DNA from: the human T2T-CHM13v2.0 reference genome, Homo sapiens
Strand: one strand, 5' to 3'
Length of the DNA stretch: 64,000 nucleotides
Assembly: GCF_009914755.1 (NCBI RefSeq)
Contig: NC_060936.1
In this document: positions 17,696-31,306 of the stretch, in pieces
How positions within the stretch are numbered: the stretch's first letter is position 1
How the letters are laid out: each line of letters opens with the position of its first letter
The notes under the pieces: model-generated
Databases searched by the model: none
The model's input: the letters and a program-made list of their open reading frames with translations, nothing else
What the model was told of the DNA's origin: nothing
Made by a program: the position numbers and the translations under genes

Positions 17696-18514
17696 ATCAT
17701 GTGCATTACTATTTGCAGAGCCAGTGATTATTTCTTCAATTTTGGCAATGGGTATAACTTGTCCTAACTCTCAAGTCCCAGTTGGGCCTCATCAGGAAAG
17801 AATTCACATTAAACACAGAAGCTTTACAGTATGCTTTTGTCTCTCTTGCAAGTCATTATTCCAGGATATATGGTACTTTGGAACAGTGCTAGGGTGTGGC
17901 AGATAAACAATTTGGATTTTCAACAAACCATCCTGAGGTATGAGGTATAGGAGAAGGTATATTGACTAAGGAGGTATATTGACTAAAGCAATTAAAAGAC
18001 AAAGAACAAGACAAGTTTTGGGGAGAGGGTTTTTATAAAGTTTCTCATTTAACAGTATATTTCAAACCTGTCTCAGGGGAATCCCTTAAGAAATTTGTAT
18101 CAATCAGATATTGAAGCACAGATAAAACTGTACTGTCTTTGTATATCAGATGCTTCCAAATATCTGTCTTTGTATTTTAATGAATAATAAGAAGTATTGG
18201 TTTAACACATAGCTACTTAACAACTTCTGGTTCATTCAATAATTCTATGGTTTGGACATTGAGTTTAAAACTAAAATAGACATTTTCCATGGCCTTTTAA
18301 GCAAAGGGGAGGGCTGAGAAGATGAGAAGGAGATTTGAGCTCATTTTATTGGGGTCAGAATGGTTATAGCTTTAAGACATATGGGAAAATGCAGATTTAG
18401 TTGACGCCATTAGAATTATTTTCTAAGACTTTAGAATGACTGTTAGGATTTTCATCCCATAAAGTGGTAACAGTATTCATTCGATTAATTGAGCCAAGCC
18501 CAACACATATTCCT

Positions 18515-19090
18515 TGTTCATTCATTCATTCATTTGAAATCCATCAAATATCCAGTATGAACAAACATTTAATAGGATATGATGTTTAAAGCCAAATAAT
18601 AATGGGTATTTCTTTTTGAGAAGCATAAGTGTTATTAGAGGAGAACAGCCATTAACTCAACAACGACAGCACTGTATTGTAAACACTGTGATCAAGAAAT
18701 ACAAGAGAATGGCAGAATAAAAGGCCATGTTTTGTTAATGAGTAAGAGTCAATTGGATGAAAGAAGTGAGGATTGAGAAAGATGAAGATGGAGAAAACTG
18801 CAGGCTCACAAGCAAGACGTCCAAAGGAACTATAGAAAGTTCCAAAGGATGAAAACAAAGGTTGTGTGGGGATGTTGGTGAGAAATGAGCCTGAACTCGC
18901 AGGCAGAACTTAGGCATGTATTGAGAGACAAGTATGCAAGCAAAGGGGTTTTGATTTTATCCTGAGAGCTGTGGGGAATTATTGAAGGATTTAAGCAGAG
19001 AGGTAACATAATCCCAATTGGCATAGTATTACAGAAAGTTGGCAATCCAGGCATGAACTGGGCATTAACCAGTTTTGGGAGATGGAGAAT
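18515..19090 (-). mobile_element. L2 fragment
   Basis: (ttca)n start typical of an L2 3' end in antisense; 'attgaaggatttaagcagagaggtaacata'. Confidence 0.55.
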
Positions 19091-20489
19091 TGTGCTTGCA
19101 AGAATCCAACAATATAATAACATGTGTAGGTCACATTTGATAAATGGCAAACCTTAACTAAAGTGAAGAGTATGCAAAGCACCAGCAGAAATCATTCTGA
19201 CAGTGCAGCAGATCTATGTAGGAAAAAAAAAAAAGAAAGAAAGGAAGAAAAGTCGTAGCAATAGAAAGACAAAATGTAAATGGAAAACAGTCTGAGCTAC
19301 ATCCAAGGGTGTAATAAGTAGCTGAAGTAAATGGCTTGAAACTGATTTGGCCAGAAAGTGCTATTAGACTTTCATCCCCAGTAAATGCCCCGTGGTCTTC
19401 TCAGACATTGAGGAAAAAAAAATAACTAGAGGTATACTGGGGTTTTCATGGGTCATTAAAAGTTAATTGCCAGTATAGTACACTTCCAGACATGATTATT
19501 TTCTACTACAGCTGTCTCGCGACACAAACACCTAAAGCAGGGAGGCTTTGGTTTCATATAATACTTAACTGAGAGATGAAGAGATTCTTTTTAATTATAA
19601 TGGAAGCACTTATATATCAAAATGGGGCTAACTGCCTTCACTATAGGCCATATGCTTATTCAAAAAATCCTCTAATAATTCCATGCATTTACTCAAGTAA
19701 GTTATACAATGTAATAGTTTACGAAAACATTCCCAAACAAAGATAGCTGGCAAGATTGACTGAAAGTGGATTAGAACAAAAAGGGAAATATATTTTTACA
19801 AATTGTAAATCTCAACTTTCATTTATTTTATTTTATTTTTCTTTATCTCATTGCTTTTTATTTAAAAATAAATGAATACTTCTGCATTGTTTAGGAAACC
19901 AATGAAAAATAACAATGACAAAGAACTGTGAAATTCCATAAATTAACTAACATACCAATACAGGAAAAATTATTATCAGGATGCTGGCTGTGGACCAAGC
20001 AAGAATCCTGCCAAATTGTTATTTTGACACACTTTTGCTTTTTACCATATATTTGAACTTAAAAAATGTTCGTTAATCTCCTTGTGAATTTTAATCTGTT
20101 CCCTAATTCTTTCTGCCCCTAAAAGTAGGCCAGCATATGACTCTTCACCAGGGTCCTGTCCAAAAATCCTGGCCAATGCCTCTTTTTGCAAACCTTATCC
20201 TGTAATTATTCGATAATAAGAGTACTGCGCTAAAGAGGGAATTTTGGTGAGCTGCTATACCTTTCAGAAATTTGTTGACCAAAAGTTTGTTGTTAAGAGT
20301 GCCATGGAAGAGATCAGGAAGATGCAGTAAACCAAGCAAAAGATGTTGATAGAGTAAGTAGTGTTTTATATTTTCTGTAGTAATTGAAACTTCAGGTTAA
20401 AAAGGAAGTAATTCTTTTAGATTAATCTCTCCTAAAATATTGGCTCATATGGATTATAGCAGGCATTTTTTCCTCTGGATTTAGAAAAA

Positions 20490-20606
20490 AAATTATTGAA
20501 GTATAATTTATATGCCATAAAATTCACTCATTGTAAACGTAAAATTCATTGATTTTTAGTAACTTACAGAGTTCTGCATCTATCACCACAATCCAATTTT
20601 AGAATG
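20490..20606 (-). mobile_element. L1M 3' end fragment
   Basis: 'ttattgaagtataatttatatgccataaaattcactc...ccacaatccaattttagaa'. Confidence 0.65.
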
Positions 20607-21738
20607 TCATGTTTTGTTAAGTTTATTATTTCACAAACATTAACATGTTTAAGACCATTAATAGTCTAGGCAAAGTCTGCCCATAGGCTCAACTAATAGA
20701 GTGTCATCTTGTTAATGGGTGGATTGAACCACTGAAGTCTGGTTACAGGAGGTAATGTGGCATCTCCTTGAGGAAAATCATTCTGAAGAAAGAAGCCAGA
20801 AATAACCAGTTTTATCAAATAACAACATATTGGTCAGCAGAGGGACCCATGGTTCTGTGTCCAACATAGTGTTCGTTATTAGAGATTTATTGCTTGTTCT
20901 ACTCCCATATTGGACTTATGCCCAATCACATTTTGCCTGACATATATCACTTGGCACTACATAGATATTTGTTGGCTAAAATATTTATCAAATAAATAAA
21001 TTGATTTATATAAAGAGATTAAATAAATGGGTTTGAGACAATAAAAATTATAACACAATTTAATATAATTTACTGCAACAGGAGAAGGGGGAAATTTCAT
21101 CTACCCTACAACAAGACGTTGAGTGGGTATGGGCATCTAACAATACCATTGATTGACCACAGTATGAAATGAAACTATCTGCAGAGAGATGATGCTACCT
21201 GTGGACATGGCCAAACCCCAAAAGAAGGTTTGGTGAAGGATTCAAAGAGGAGATGTGAAGAGTGTGATGTTGCATCTTCCTGAATGTGTCAACGTGATTG
21301 AGGGATTTCAGAAACCCATGGGGCGTGAGACCTTGCTCTCCTCCTCCACCTTCTTCTGAGCCACTCCTGCCCTTGCCCACTAGGCTCCTGCCTCAGTCAC
21401 CATCTTTCTGATCTGCTCCCATGATAAATTGTTCCCTCATCAGGGCCTTTTTGCTAGCTATTCCGTCTTCAAGGAATGTTCTTCACTTAGATCTTGAATG
21501 GCTGATTCTTTTTCTTCAGACTTCAGCTGACCTCTTGATTGCCCAGTCTAAAGTAAGCACCCCAACTATAGTAGTCTGTTTTTCATGATGCTATGAAGAA
21601 ATATCCGAGACTGGGTAATTTATAAACAAATGAGTTTTAATTGACTCACAGTTTCACATGTGGGGAAGCCTGAGACAACTTACAATCATGGCAGAAGGCA
21701 CCACTTCACAAGGCAGCATGGGAGAATATGAAAACTAG

Positions 21739-22077
<339 letters not shown>

Positions 22078-22211
22078 AAAAACCTTCAGATCTCTTGATA
22101 ACTCACTCACTATCAAGAGAACAGCATGGGAAAAACTGCCCCCATGATCCAATTACCTCCCACTGTGTCCCTTCTATGACATGTGGGAATTACGGGCATT
22201 AAAATTCAAAA

Positions 22212-25200
22212 GGAGAGGCAACCCCCTTTGGGTCCCCTGCCATTGTATGGGAGCTCTGTTTTCACTCTATTAAATCTCACAACTGCACACTCTTTTGGTC
22301 CGTGTTTATTACGGCTTCAGCTGAGCTTTCGCTCGCTGTCCACCACTGCTGTTTGCCGCTGTTGCAGACCTGCCATTCACTCCCACCCCTCCGGATCTGG
22401 CAGGGTGTCCACTGTGCTCCTGATTCAGCTAGGTACCCATTGCCACTCCCAATCAGCTTAAAGGCTCACCATTGTTCCTGCATGGCTAAATGCCCTGGTT
22501 TGTCCTCATCGAGCTGAACACTAGTTGCTGGGTTCCATAGTTCTCTTCTATGACCCATGGTTTCTAATAGAGCTATAACACTCACTGCATAGCCCAAGGT
22601 TCCATTCCTTGGAATCCATGAGGACAAGAACTCCAGGTCAGAGAACAAAAGGCTTGTTGCCATCTTGGGAGCAGCCCACCCCCATCTTGGGAGCTCTAAG
22701 AACAAAGACCGCCCCCCGTAACATTTTGTGGCAACCATACAGGTATTCTCCAAAGTGGTAATTAATATTGCACCACTTTCACTGCTATTCTGTCCTATCC
22801 TCCCTTAGAATTGGAGGAAAATACTGGGCACCTGTCAGCTAGTTAAAAACGATTAGCGTGGCTGACAGACTTAAGACTCAGGTGTGATGTGCTGTCCAGA
22901 GAAGGGCTTTCTAATAACCCCCAACCCTTCTGGGTTGGGAGCTTTGGTCTACCTGGGACCAGCTTCCACTCTCAATTTTCCTGGGGGAAGCTGAGGGCCA
23001 ACTAGAGTCAGAAAGCTGTCATCCTGAACCCCCAGCATTGGCCAGTCGAGATCATGGCACAGCCAGAAGTCTCTACTCAACAGTTGCCCATGCGTGCACC
23101 CCTACCTCTCCTTCTGACCCATACCACCTGGGTCCTGACCATGGACTTCTTCAAAGTGCAGCCCCAAAATTCTCCTTACCTCTGAATCTACTTCCTCCGA
23201 TCCCTGCCTTCCAGATACTAATGTTTCAGACTTTCACTTCCTCTCCCAAGTATTAGAGCAGGTTGTATCTCCAAAGGGATCAAAGGAAGCTCTATGCTGT
23301 GTCCTTAGGCACCTAGGCTATGAACTCAAGGAGTCTTGTCCCTGGTGTTCCTGCAAATTTAGGTATATAGTCTTGACATGGGCAGTTATGTGGGACCCAT
23401 TGCCCACCACCCTTGCCAGGGCCCCAAGTTTGCAAATGGCTAGGATAAAAGAGAGAAGAGAGAAAGAGAGACAAAGAAACAGAGACAAAAGGGGAAAGAG
23501 ATAAAGAGAGAGAAGGGAAAGAGAGAGGCAGAGAAAGAAAGAAATATACAAGTAGTTAAAGAAAAAACAGTGTACCTTATTCCTTTAAAAGCCAGGGTAA
23601 ATTTAAAACCTGTAATTGATAATTGAAGGTTCTCTCCATGACCCTATAACACTCCAATACTACCTTGTTGTCAGCATAAACAAGGGCATAGCCTGAAAGC
23701 ACTGAGACCACTGACAACCAGTAGACTTCCTATCAGAAGTCCTTAACCCAGTAACCCACAGATGGCCCAAATGCATTCAATTGGTAGTGGCAACTGCTTT
23801 GCTAGCAGAAGAAAGTAGAAAAGTAACTTTTAGAGGAAACCTTATTGTGAGCACACCTCACCAGTTCAGAATTATCCTAAGTAAAAAAAAGCAAAAAGGT
23901 AGCTTACTAACTCAAAAACCTTAGAGTATGGGGCTATTCTGTTAGAAAAAGGTGATTTAACATTAACCACTAAAAATCCCTTAACCCAGCAGATTTCCTA
24001 ACAGGGGATTTAAATCTTAATTACCATACAAAGGTCCAACAAGACCTAGGAGGAACTCCCTTCAGGACAGGACGATAGATGTTTCCTCCCAGGTGACTGA
24101 GAAAAAAACACAATGGGTATTCAGTAATTGATAGGGAAACTCTTGTGGAAGCAGAGTTAGGAGAATTGCCTAATAATTGGTCTGCTCAAATGTGCAAGCT
24201 GTTTACACTCAGCCAAGCCTTGAAGTACTTACAGAATAAAAAAAAAACTCTCTCAATCCTGACTCAAAAGTTTACCTACACTCTCTCTGAAATGAATTTG
24301 CATAAGAACAGTTGTTTATGGGAATGCATCTTGATAGGGCAGCGGGGTTGTTATGAAATACTCAGGAACCCAGCCCAGCTCTAGAATTCACCTCTGAGCA
24401 CAAAGGCAATGTTGGGTAACACTGGTAAAGGACCAGTAGAATCCAGCAGCCCAGACCCATTTGTTTGTGGTCAAGAAAGGTGGGAAATGGGGTGCAGGAC
24501 TGCTACATCGGTGAGTGTAACTAATCCAATAAGCAGAGGTCCATGGGTGGTTATGCACCCTGGAAAGGAATAAGCATTAGGATCATAGAGGATGCTCTAG
24601 GACTAATGCTCATCGGAAAATGACTAGGGGTGCTGGCATCCCTATGTTCTTTTTTCAGATGGGAAACATTTCCCCCAAGGCAAAACACCCCTAAGATGTA
24701 TTCTGGAGAATTCGACCTAGTCAGAGTGCATGTACATTTCTCCCTGTCACACTTGAAGCAAATTAAAATAGACCTAGGTAAATTCTCAGATAACCCCAAT
24801 GGCTATGTTGATGTTTTACAAGGGCTAGGACAATCATTTGATCTGACATGGAGAGATATAATGTTACTGGTAGATCAGACACTAACCCCAAATGAGAGAA
24901 GTGCCGCCATAACTGCAGCCTGAGAGTTTGGCGATCTCTGGTGTCTCAGTCAGGTCAATGATAGGATGACAACAGAGGAAAAAGAACAATTTCCCACAGG
25001 CCAGCAGGCAGTTCCCAGTGTAGACCTTCATTGGGACGCAGAATCAGAACATGGAGATTGGTGCCACAGACACTTACTAACTTGTGTGCTAGAAGGACTA
25101 AGGAAAACTAGGAAGAAGCCTAATAAATTATTCAATGATGTCCACTATAACACAGGGAAAGGAAGAAAATCCTACAGGCTTTCTGGAGAGACTAAGGGGG

Positions 25201-27275
25201 GCATTGAGGAAACATACCTCTCTCTCACCTGACTCTTTTGAAGGCCAACTAATCTTAAAGGATAAGTTTATCACTCAGTCACTGCAGACAAAAAAAAAAA
25301 CTTCAAAAGTCCACCTTAGGCCCAGAGCAAAACTTAGAAACCCTATTTAACTTGGCAACCTCGGTTTTTAAAAATAGAGATCAGGAGGAGCAGGTTGAAT
25401 GGGACAGACGGGATAAAAAAAAAAGGCCACCGCTTTAGTCATGGCCCTCAGGCAAGCAGGCTTTGGAGGCTCTGGAACAGAGAAAGGCTGGGCAAATCGA
25501 ATGCCTAATAGGGCTTGCTTCCAGTGCGGTCTACAAGGACACTTTAAAAAAAGATTGTCTGAATAGAAATAAGACACCCCCTCGTCCATGCCCCTTATGT
25601 CAAGGGAATCACTAGAAGGCCCACTGCCCCAGGGGACAAAGGTCCTCTGAGTCAGAAGCCAATAACCGGATGATCCAGTAGCAGGACTGAGGGTGCCCAG
25701 GGCAAGTGCCAGCCCATGCCATCACCTTCACAGAGCCCTGGGTATGCTTGACCATTGAGAGCCAGGAGATTAACTGCCTCTTGGACACTGGCATGGCCTT
25801 CTGAGTCTTACTCTCCTGTCCCGGACAACTGTCCTCCAGATCTGTCACTATCCGAGGGATCCTAGGACAGGCAGTCACTAAATACTTCTCCCAGCCACTA
25901 AGTTGTGACTCAGGAACTTTACTCTTTTCACATGCCTTTCTAATTATGCCTGAAAGCCCCACTCCTTTGTTAGGGAGAGACATACTGGCAAAAGCAGAGA
26001 CTATTATACACTAGAATTAGGATAAGGAAAAAGGGTAAATATATATGCAGACTCTAAGTATGCTTACCTAGTCCTCCATGCCCATGCAGCAATATGGAGA
26101 GAAAGGGAATTCCTAACATCTGAGGGAACACCTATCAAACACCAGGAAGCCATTAGGAGATTATTATTGGCTGTACAGAAACCTAAAGAGGTGGCAGTCT
26201 TACACTGCCAGGGTCATCAGAAAGGAAAGGAAAGGGAAATAGAAGGGAACCGCCAAGCAAATATTGAAGCCAAAAAAGCCACAAGGCGGGATCCTTCATT
26301 AGGAATGTTTATAGAAGGACCCCTAGTATGGGGTAACCCTTCTCAGAAACCAAGCCCCAGTACTCAGCAGAAGAAATAGAATGGGGAACCTCATGAGGAC
26401 ATAGTTTCCTCCCCTCAGGATGGCTAGCCACCAAAGAAGGAAAATACTTTTGCCTGCAGCTAATCAATGGAAATTACTTAAAACCCTTCACCAAACCTTT
26501 CACTTAGGCATTGATAGCGCCCATCAGATGGCCAAATCATTTACTGGACCAGGCCTTTTCAAAACTATCAAGCAGATAGTCAGGGCCTGTGAAGAGTGCC
26601 AAAGAAATAATCCCCTGCCCTTCAGGTCATACATTTCAATCCCTGTATCTTTAACCTCCTTGTTAAGTTTGTCTCTTCAAGAATCAAAGCTGTAAAACTA
26701 CAAATCGTTCTTCAAATGGAGCCCCAGAAGCAGTCCATGACTAACATCTACCGTGGACCCTTGGACCAGCCTGCTAGCCCATGCTCCAATGTCAATGACA
26801 TCAAAGGCACCCCTCCTGAGGAAATCTCAACTGCACGACCCCTACTATGCCCCAATTCAGCAGGAAGCAGTTAAGAGACCTGTCATCGGCCAACCTCCCC
26901 AATAGCACTTGGGTTTTCCTGTTGAGGGGAGGGACTGAGAGACAGGACTAGCTGGATTTCCTAGGCCAACTAAGAATTCCTAAGCCTAGCTGGGAAAGGT
27001 GACCACACCTACCTTTAAACACAGGGCTTGTAACTCAGCTCACACCCAACCAATCAGGTAGTAAAGAGGGCTCACTAAAATACAAATTAGGCTAAGGAGC
27101 AGGAGGTAAAGAAATAGTCAAATCATATATCACCTGAGAGCACAGGGGGAGGCACAATGATTGGGATATAAACCCAGGCATTTGAGCAGGGAGGGGCAAC
27201 CCCCTTTGGGTCCCCTCCCATTGTATGGGAGCTCTGTTTTCACTCTATTAAACCTTGCAACTGCAAAAAAAAAAA
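22212..27275 (+). pseudogene. HERV-W (HERV17/LTR17) processed pseudogene: R-U5, leader, deleted gag-pro-pol-env, U3-R, poly(A)
   Basis: 5' LTR lacks U3 (starts at R, ends gtaaca 22723). PBS-like tggcaacca at 22729; AG-rich leader ~23445-23560; gag ATG 24659; CCHC-like CFQCGLQGHFKKDC ~25516; protease LDTG 25781; RNase H and integrase HHCC remnants; env tail; PPT. 3' LTR runs from 26936 to the R end 27264 with ATTAAA at 27247, followed by A11 and no U5. Confidence 0.93.
26936..27264 (+). promoter_or_regulatory. LTR17 U3-R with CCAAT (~27050), TATA (gatataaa ~27165) and ATTAAA poly(A) signal (27247-27252)
   Basis: Motifs read directly; LTR17 start 'tgagagacaggactagctggatttcctagg'. Confidence 0.75.
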
Positions 27276-27474
27276 GAGAGAGAGATTTGGGTGGGGATGC
27301 AGCCAAATCATATTACAAACACTTCCTATTATATGACTCAGTCTATTTTCTTCCTCATACTTATCAGTATACACTAATAGCTTATATATTTATTTTTATA
27401 TGTTTTATGTTAGAAGAAACATAACTGAGGGATATAACAGAGCAAATTGATTTAGGTGAAAACTTTAAAGTTAT

Positions 27475-27845
27475 TGATAAGTTTTGGCTGTGTCCCCACC
27501 CAAATCTCATCTTGAATTGTAACTCCCACAATTCCCATGTGTTGTGGTAGTGACCCAGTGGGAGCAATTGAATCATGACAGTGGGTCTTTCCTGTGCTAT
27601 TCATGTGATAGTGAATAAGTCTCATGAGCTCTGATGGTTTTATAAAGGGAAGTTTCCTTGCACAAGCTCTCATTCTCTCTTGCTTGCCACCATGTAAGAC
27701 ATGACTTTGCTCCTCCTTTGCCTTCCACCATGATTGTAAGGCCTCTCCAGCCATGTGGATCTGTGAGTCAATTAAATGTCTTCCCTTTATAAATTACCCA
27801 ATCTCGGGTATGTCTTTATCAGCAGCATGAAAACAGACTAATACA
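27475..27845 (+). mobile_element. THE1 solo LTR (THE1C/D-like)
   Basis: tgata...ggctgtgtccccacccaaatctcatcttgaattgtaactccc...gactaataca, with perfect 5-bp TSD gttat (27470-27474, 27846-27850). Confidence 0.9.
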
Positions 27846-27996
27846 GTTATTTTATAAAAATGTATTTCTATGACATCCCAAGAGTTCATCCAGCTCTGCT
27901 GTTAAACAGATTTAGTAAGAGAAGAGAAGACTTGCTATCCTCCAGGTCAATCCACCCTGTAATTAAAGGATTCTAAGTTTTTTAAAAAACTATTTT

Positions 27997-28209
27997 GGCT
28001 GGGCGTGGTGGCTCACGCCTGTAATCCCAGCACTTTGGGAGGCCGAGGTGGGTGGATCACGAGGTCAGGAGATCGAGACCATTCTGGCTAACATGGTGAA
28101 ACCTCGTCTCTACTAAAAATACAAAAAGTTAGCCAGGTGTGGTGGCGGCTAACTTTTTGCAGTGCACTGCACTGCAGCCTGGGTGACAGAGTGAGACTCC
28201 GTCTCAAAA

Positions 28210-28218
<9 letters not shown>
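27997..28218 (+). mobile_element. AluY-type with rearranged, internally deleted right arm, followed by (TA)n 28219-28244
   Basis: Left arm intact (ggatcacgaggtcaggagatcgagacc); most of the right arm is replaced by a short inverted copy of the linker. Confidence 0.88.
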
Positions 28219-28245
<27 letters not shown>

Positions 28246-28464
28246 TTCTTATGTTGATACAAAATATACTTTCTTACAACTTTACAACTAATCCTGATTT
28301 TTCCATCTAGAGTTATGTAAGTCTATACACCATATTTATATTATTTTTTTCAACATTTGATGGAATATATGTTATAGCAGTTTCAATCTTTAGGAATGAG
28401 AATGTTTTCAGGTTCTGAAGGGATAGTTTCTTTTCTAAAAGCAATAACAATAGTGTTTTTATTT

Positions 28465-28661
28465 TTTAAATTTCAACTTTTATTTTAGATTCACTGGTAC
28501 ATATGTAGGTTTGTTACATGGGTATATTGCATAATGCTGAGGTTTTGAGTACAATTGAGCCTGTCACCCAGGTGGTGAGCATAGTACCCAATAGGTAATT
28601 TTTCAATCCTGCTCTCCTCCCTCCTTTCTCTCTCTTGTAGTCCCCAGTGTCTACTGTTCCC
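28465..28661 (-). mobile_element. Older L1P (L1PA15/16 or L1PB-like) 3' end
   Basis: 'caacttttattttagattc...gtttgttacatgggtatattgcataatgctgagg...gtacccaatagg'. Confidence 0.75.
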
Positions 28662-29151
28662 AAAAATATGGTTTCTTGAGAGTTTATTAACATATCTAGG
28701 AAACAATAGCCAAATAAATAACATTATAAGACAAAGCATAAACGAGAATGTACTAAAGTTACTAAAATGGTTAATTGGTCCTTCATATTGCTTCATAGAA
28801 ATGGGGGGGTAGAAGTCTTAGGCATATGGCAGAGCAGATGCAGACTCAATAAGGTTGGTTGGCTGGTGTCTGGTAGGCAAAGGTCTTTATCCACTGAAAG
28901 AAGTTTGAGGCTTTCAGAGTTATTTCACTTTAACCTATAATAATATTTCATGCCCAAAATATCTTTCTACTGGCTTGATTTTTTTACATGGAGAAATGAT
29001 TTCCATCATAAGAAAGGGAAGAAACAGTCTCTGAGCTATTTGCAATACTGATTATATGAAAAAGGGATCACGTCACTGAAATCTCTGTTGAGCTTTATGC
29101 TTTTCCTGGTAAAGTTAGTAGAATGGGTGAAATACTTAAACATTTTCTTTT

Positions 29152-29477
<326 letters not shown>

Positions 29478-29504
29478 CTACTTTTATAGTTTCTACCCAA
29501 TGGA

Positions 29505-29640
29505 CATTCAATTCATTTTAATTTGCATTTATTGAGTTCTAAATGTCTGCTAGGCCATGTGTGCCTGTGGATAATTCACACAAAGATTCAGTCCCTATCC
29601 TCAGAAAGCTCACAATATGGTGAGGAAAACAGACATGTAT
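29505..29640 (-). mobile_element. L2 3' end fragment
   Basis: 'gcatttattgagttct...gtccctatcctcagaaagctcacaat'. Confidence 0.55.
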
Positions 29641-30039
29641 GTGGAGAAATATGCATGTTAGAAGCACATCTGTGGATGGGAGTAAACTTTATTTGTTGTT
29701 TATCAGAAATTCAAATTTAACTGAACATGATGTATTTTATCTGGTAAATGTAGGTGCAACATTATCACTGATGAAAGTTATCATTGTCAATGGAGAGTAT
29801 GACTTGTGGCAGAATGGCCCCCTAATAACTTCAGAACTAGACAGATGAACCCAAGCACAGCATGACTCCAGGCAAGCCTCCCCACTACAAATTTAAAACC
29901 TGTTCCTAGAGAAGCAGAAGTGCAAACTCAAGTAAATGCTGCCACCCCAAAATAAACGTTAGATGTAAGGATAAGAAAAACTGAAAGTAATAGGATGGAG
30001 GTAGAGTTTAGATATACTAATTTCAGACCAATAAGCTCT

Positions 30040-30552
30040 AAGGCAATAAGCATTTTTAGGTATATACCTAATAGCAATGGATGTGTATTTTTATTAAAAG
30101 TAATGTACAATATTAGTCATAAAGCTTTCTTCATAATATTCAAAGCTGAAAATAACCCAATGTTCATGAAAGGAGAAAAACAAATTGTAATATATTAATA
30201 CAAGGAAATACTAAACAGAATTGAGAAAAAATTTTGCTATGCACAAGTACTTGGATAAATCTCACAAAATATTGGACGGAAGAAGTCAGAAATTAATACA
30301 AATTGTATAATTCCATTTATATAAAATTTGAAAATAAGACAAAAATACTTATGGTGATGAAAATCAAGATAGTGATTACTTTGAGGAGGCGTGTGTGATT
30401 ATGGTGGGACAAAAGCAGGATACTAGGGTGCTGAACATGCTGTATTTTTGATCTGTGAAATTGTCACCTAGATATGTTCCTCTGCGAAAAATCCTCAAGC
30501 AATGTGCTTATAATTTTTGTACTTCTAAATATATTTTACTTCAATTAAAAAG
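30040..30552 (+). mobile_element. L1ME-type 3' fragment
   Basis: 'ttgtataattccatttatataaaatt...atcaagatagtgattactttg...tattttacttcaattaaaaag'. Confidence 0.6.
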
Positions 30553-30794
30553 TTACATAAAGTAAAGGAGGAAGAGATTCTTATGCACAGACACCTAAGC
30601 AGGGCTTTGGAGGCTGAGTAGGAGTGAGAATGTGAAAGAGTTGGCATATGGAATGCATGAAGTATGAAATGGAATGGGGTATTTGTAGAACCGCATGCAC
30701 TTTAATGCAATTTGCCTTCTGTGTGGTAAGGAGAAGTGGAAGGAGAGGAGGCTGGAAATACAGGTAATGGCAGCTTAATGTGGGCTTGAAGGTC

Positions 30795-31306
30795 ATGTGT
30801 TTCAGGTGACTCTAATGACTCAACTCACTCTCTTAGCCTCATGTCCCATTTCAGCCATGGCTGGCTTCCATACTGACTTCAACTTATTTTTGTAGATAGT
30901 GTCTTACCTCAAGCAGGTACTGCAGTTTTTTAACTTTTCACCCTGGAAAGGCTCTCATCCCATAGAAACTCGAATGCTCTTTCCTCATGCCCACATAGGC
31001 AGCCTGGAAAGTGCAGGCAACCCTAACCAACAGGAGATGGGAACTTAAAGATAAATACTTGCAGTTGGTCCTCATGGAGACAATTCTGAGAAGGGAACAT
31101 ATTATGCTCAGAAGTTGAGGGGACAAGTGAGAGCTTTGTTACCTTCAGTGGTGAGCTTGATAACCTACTCTTATAGTGGATTTCCCTACTTCCTCCCTCT
31201 CCCAAGTTCCTTACTCCTGCCCCAGGAGATTGCCTTCCTAATGAACTACATGCACCCAGGTCTTGGTCCCAGGCTCTACTTTAAGAGGAGAACACAAACT
31301 AAGGCT
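30795..31306 (+). mobile_element. ERVL LTR (LTR16-like)
   Basis: 'gcagcctggaaagtgcagg', 'gacaattctgag', and end 'gtcccaggctctacttt...aactaaggc'. Confidence 0.55.

Noticed and set aside
17955-17986. 15-bp tandem duplication aggtatattgactaa
   Set aside because: Ordinary slippage duplication, two copies only.
24630-26695. HERV-W ORFs as functional Gag/Pol/Env
   Set aside because: Multiple stops, frameshifts and large deletions; all fragments are under 100 aa.
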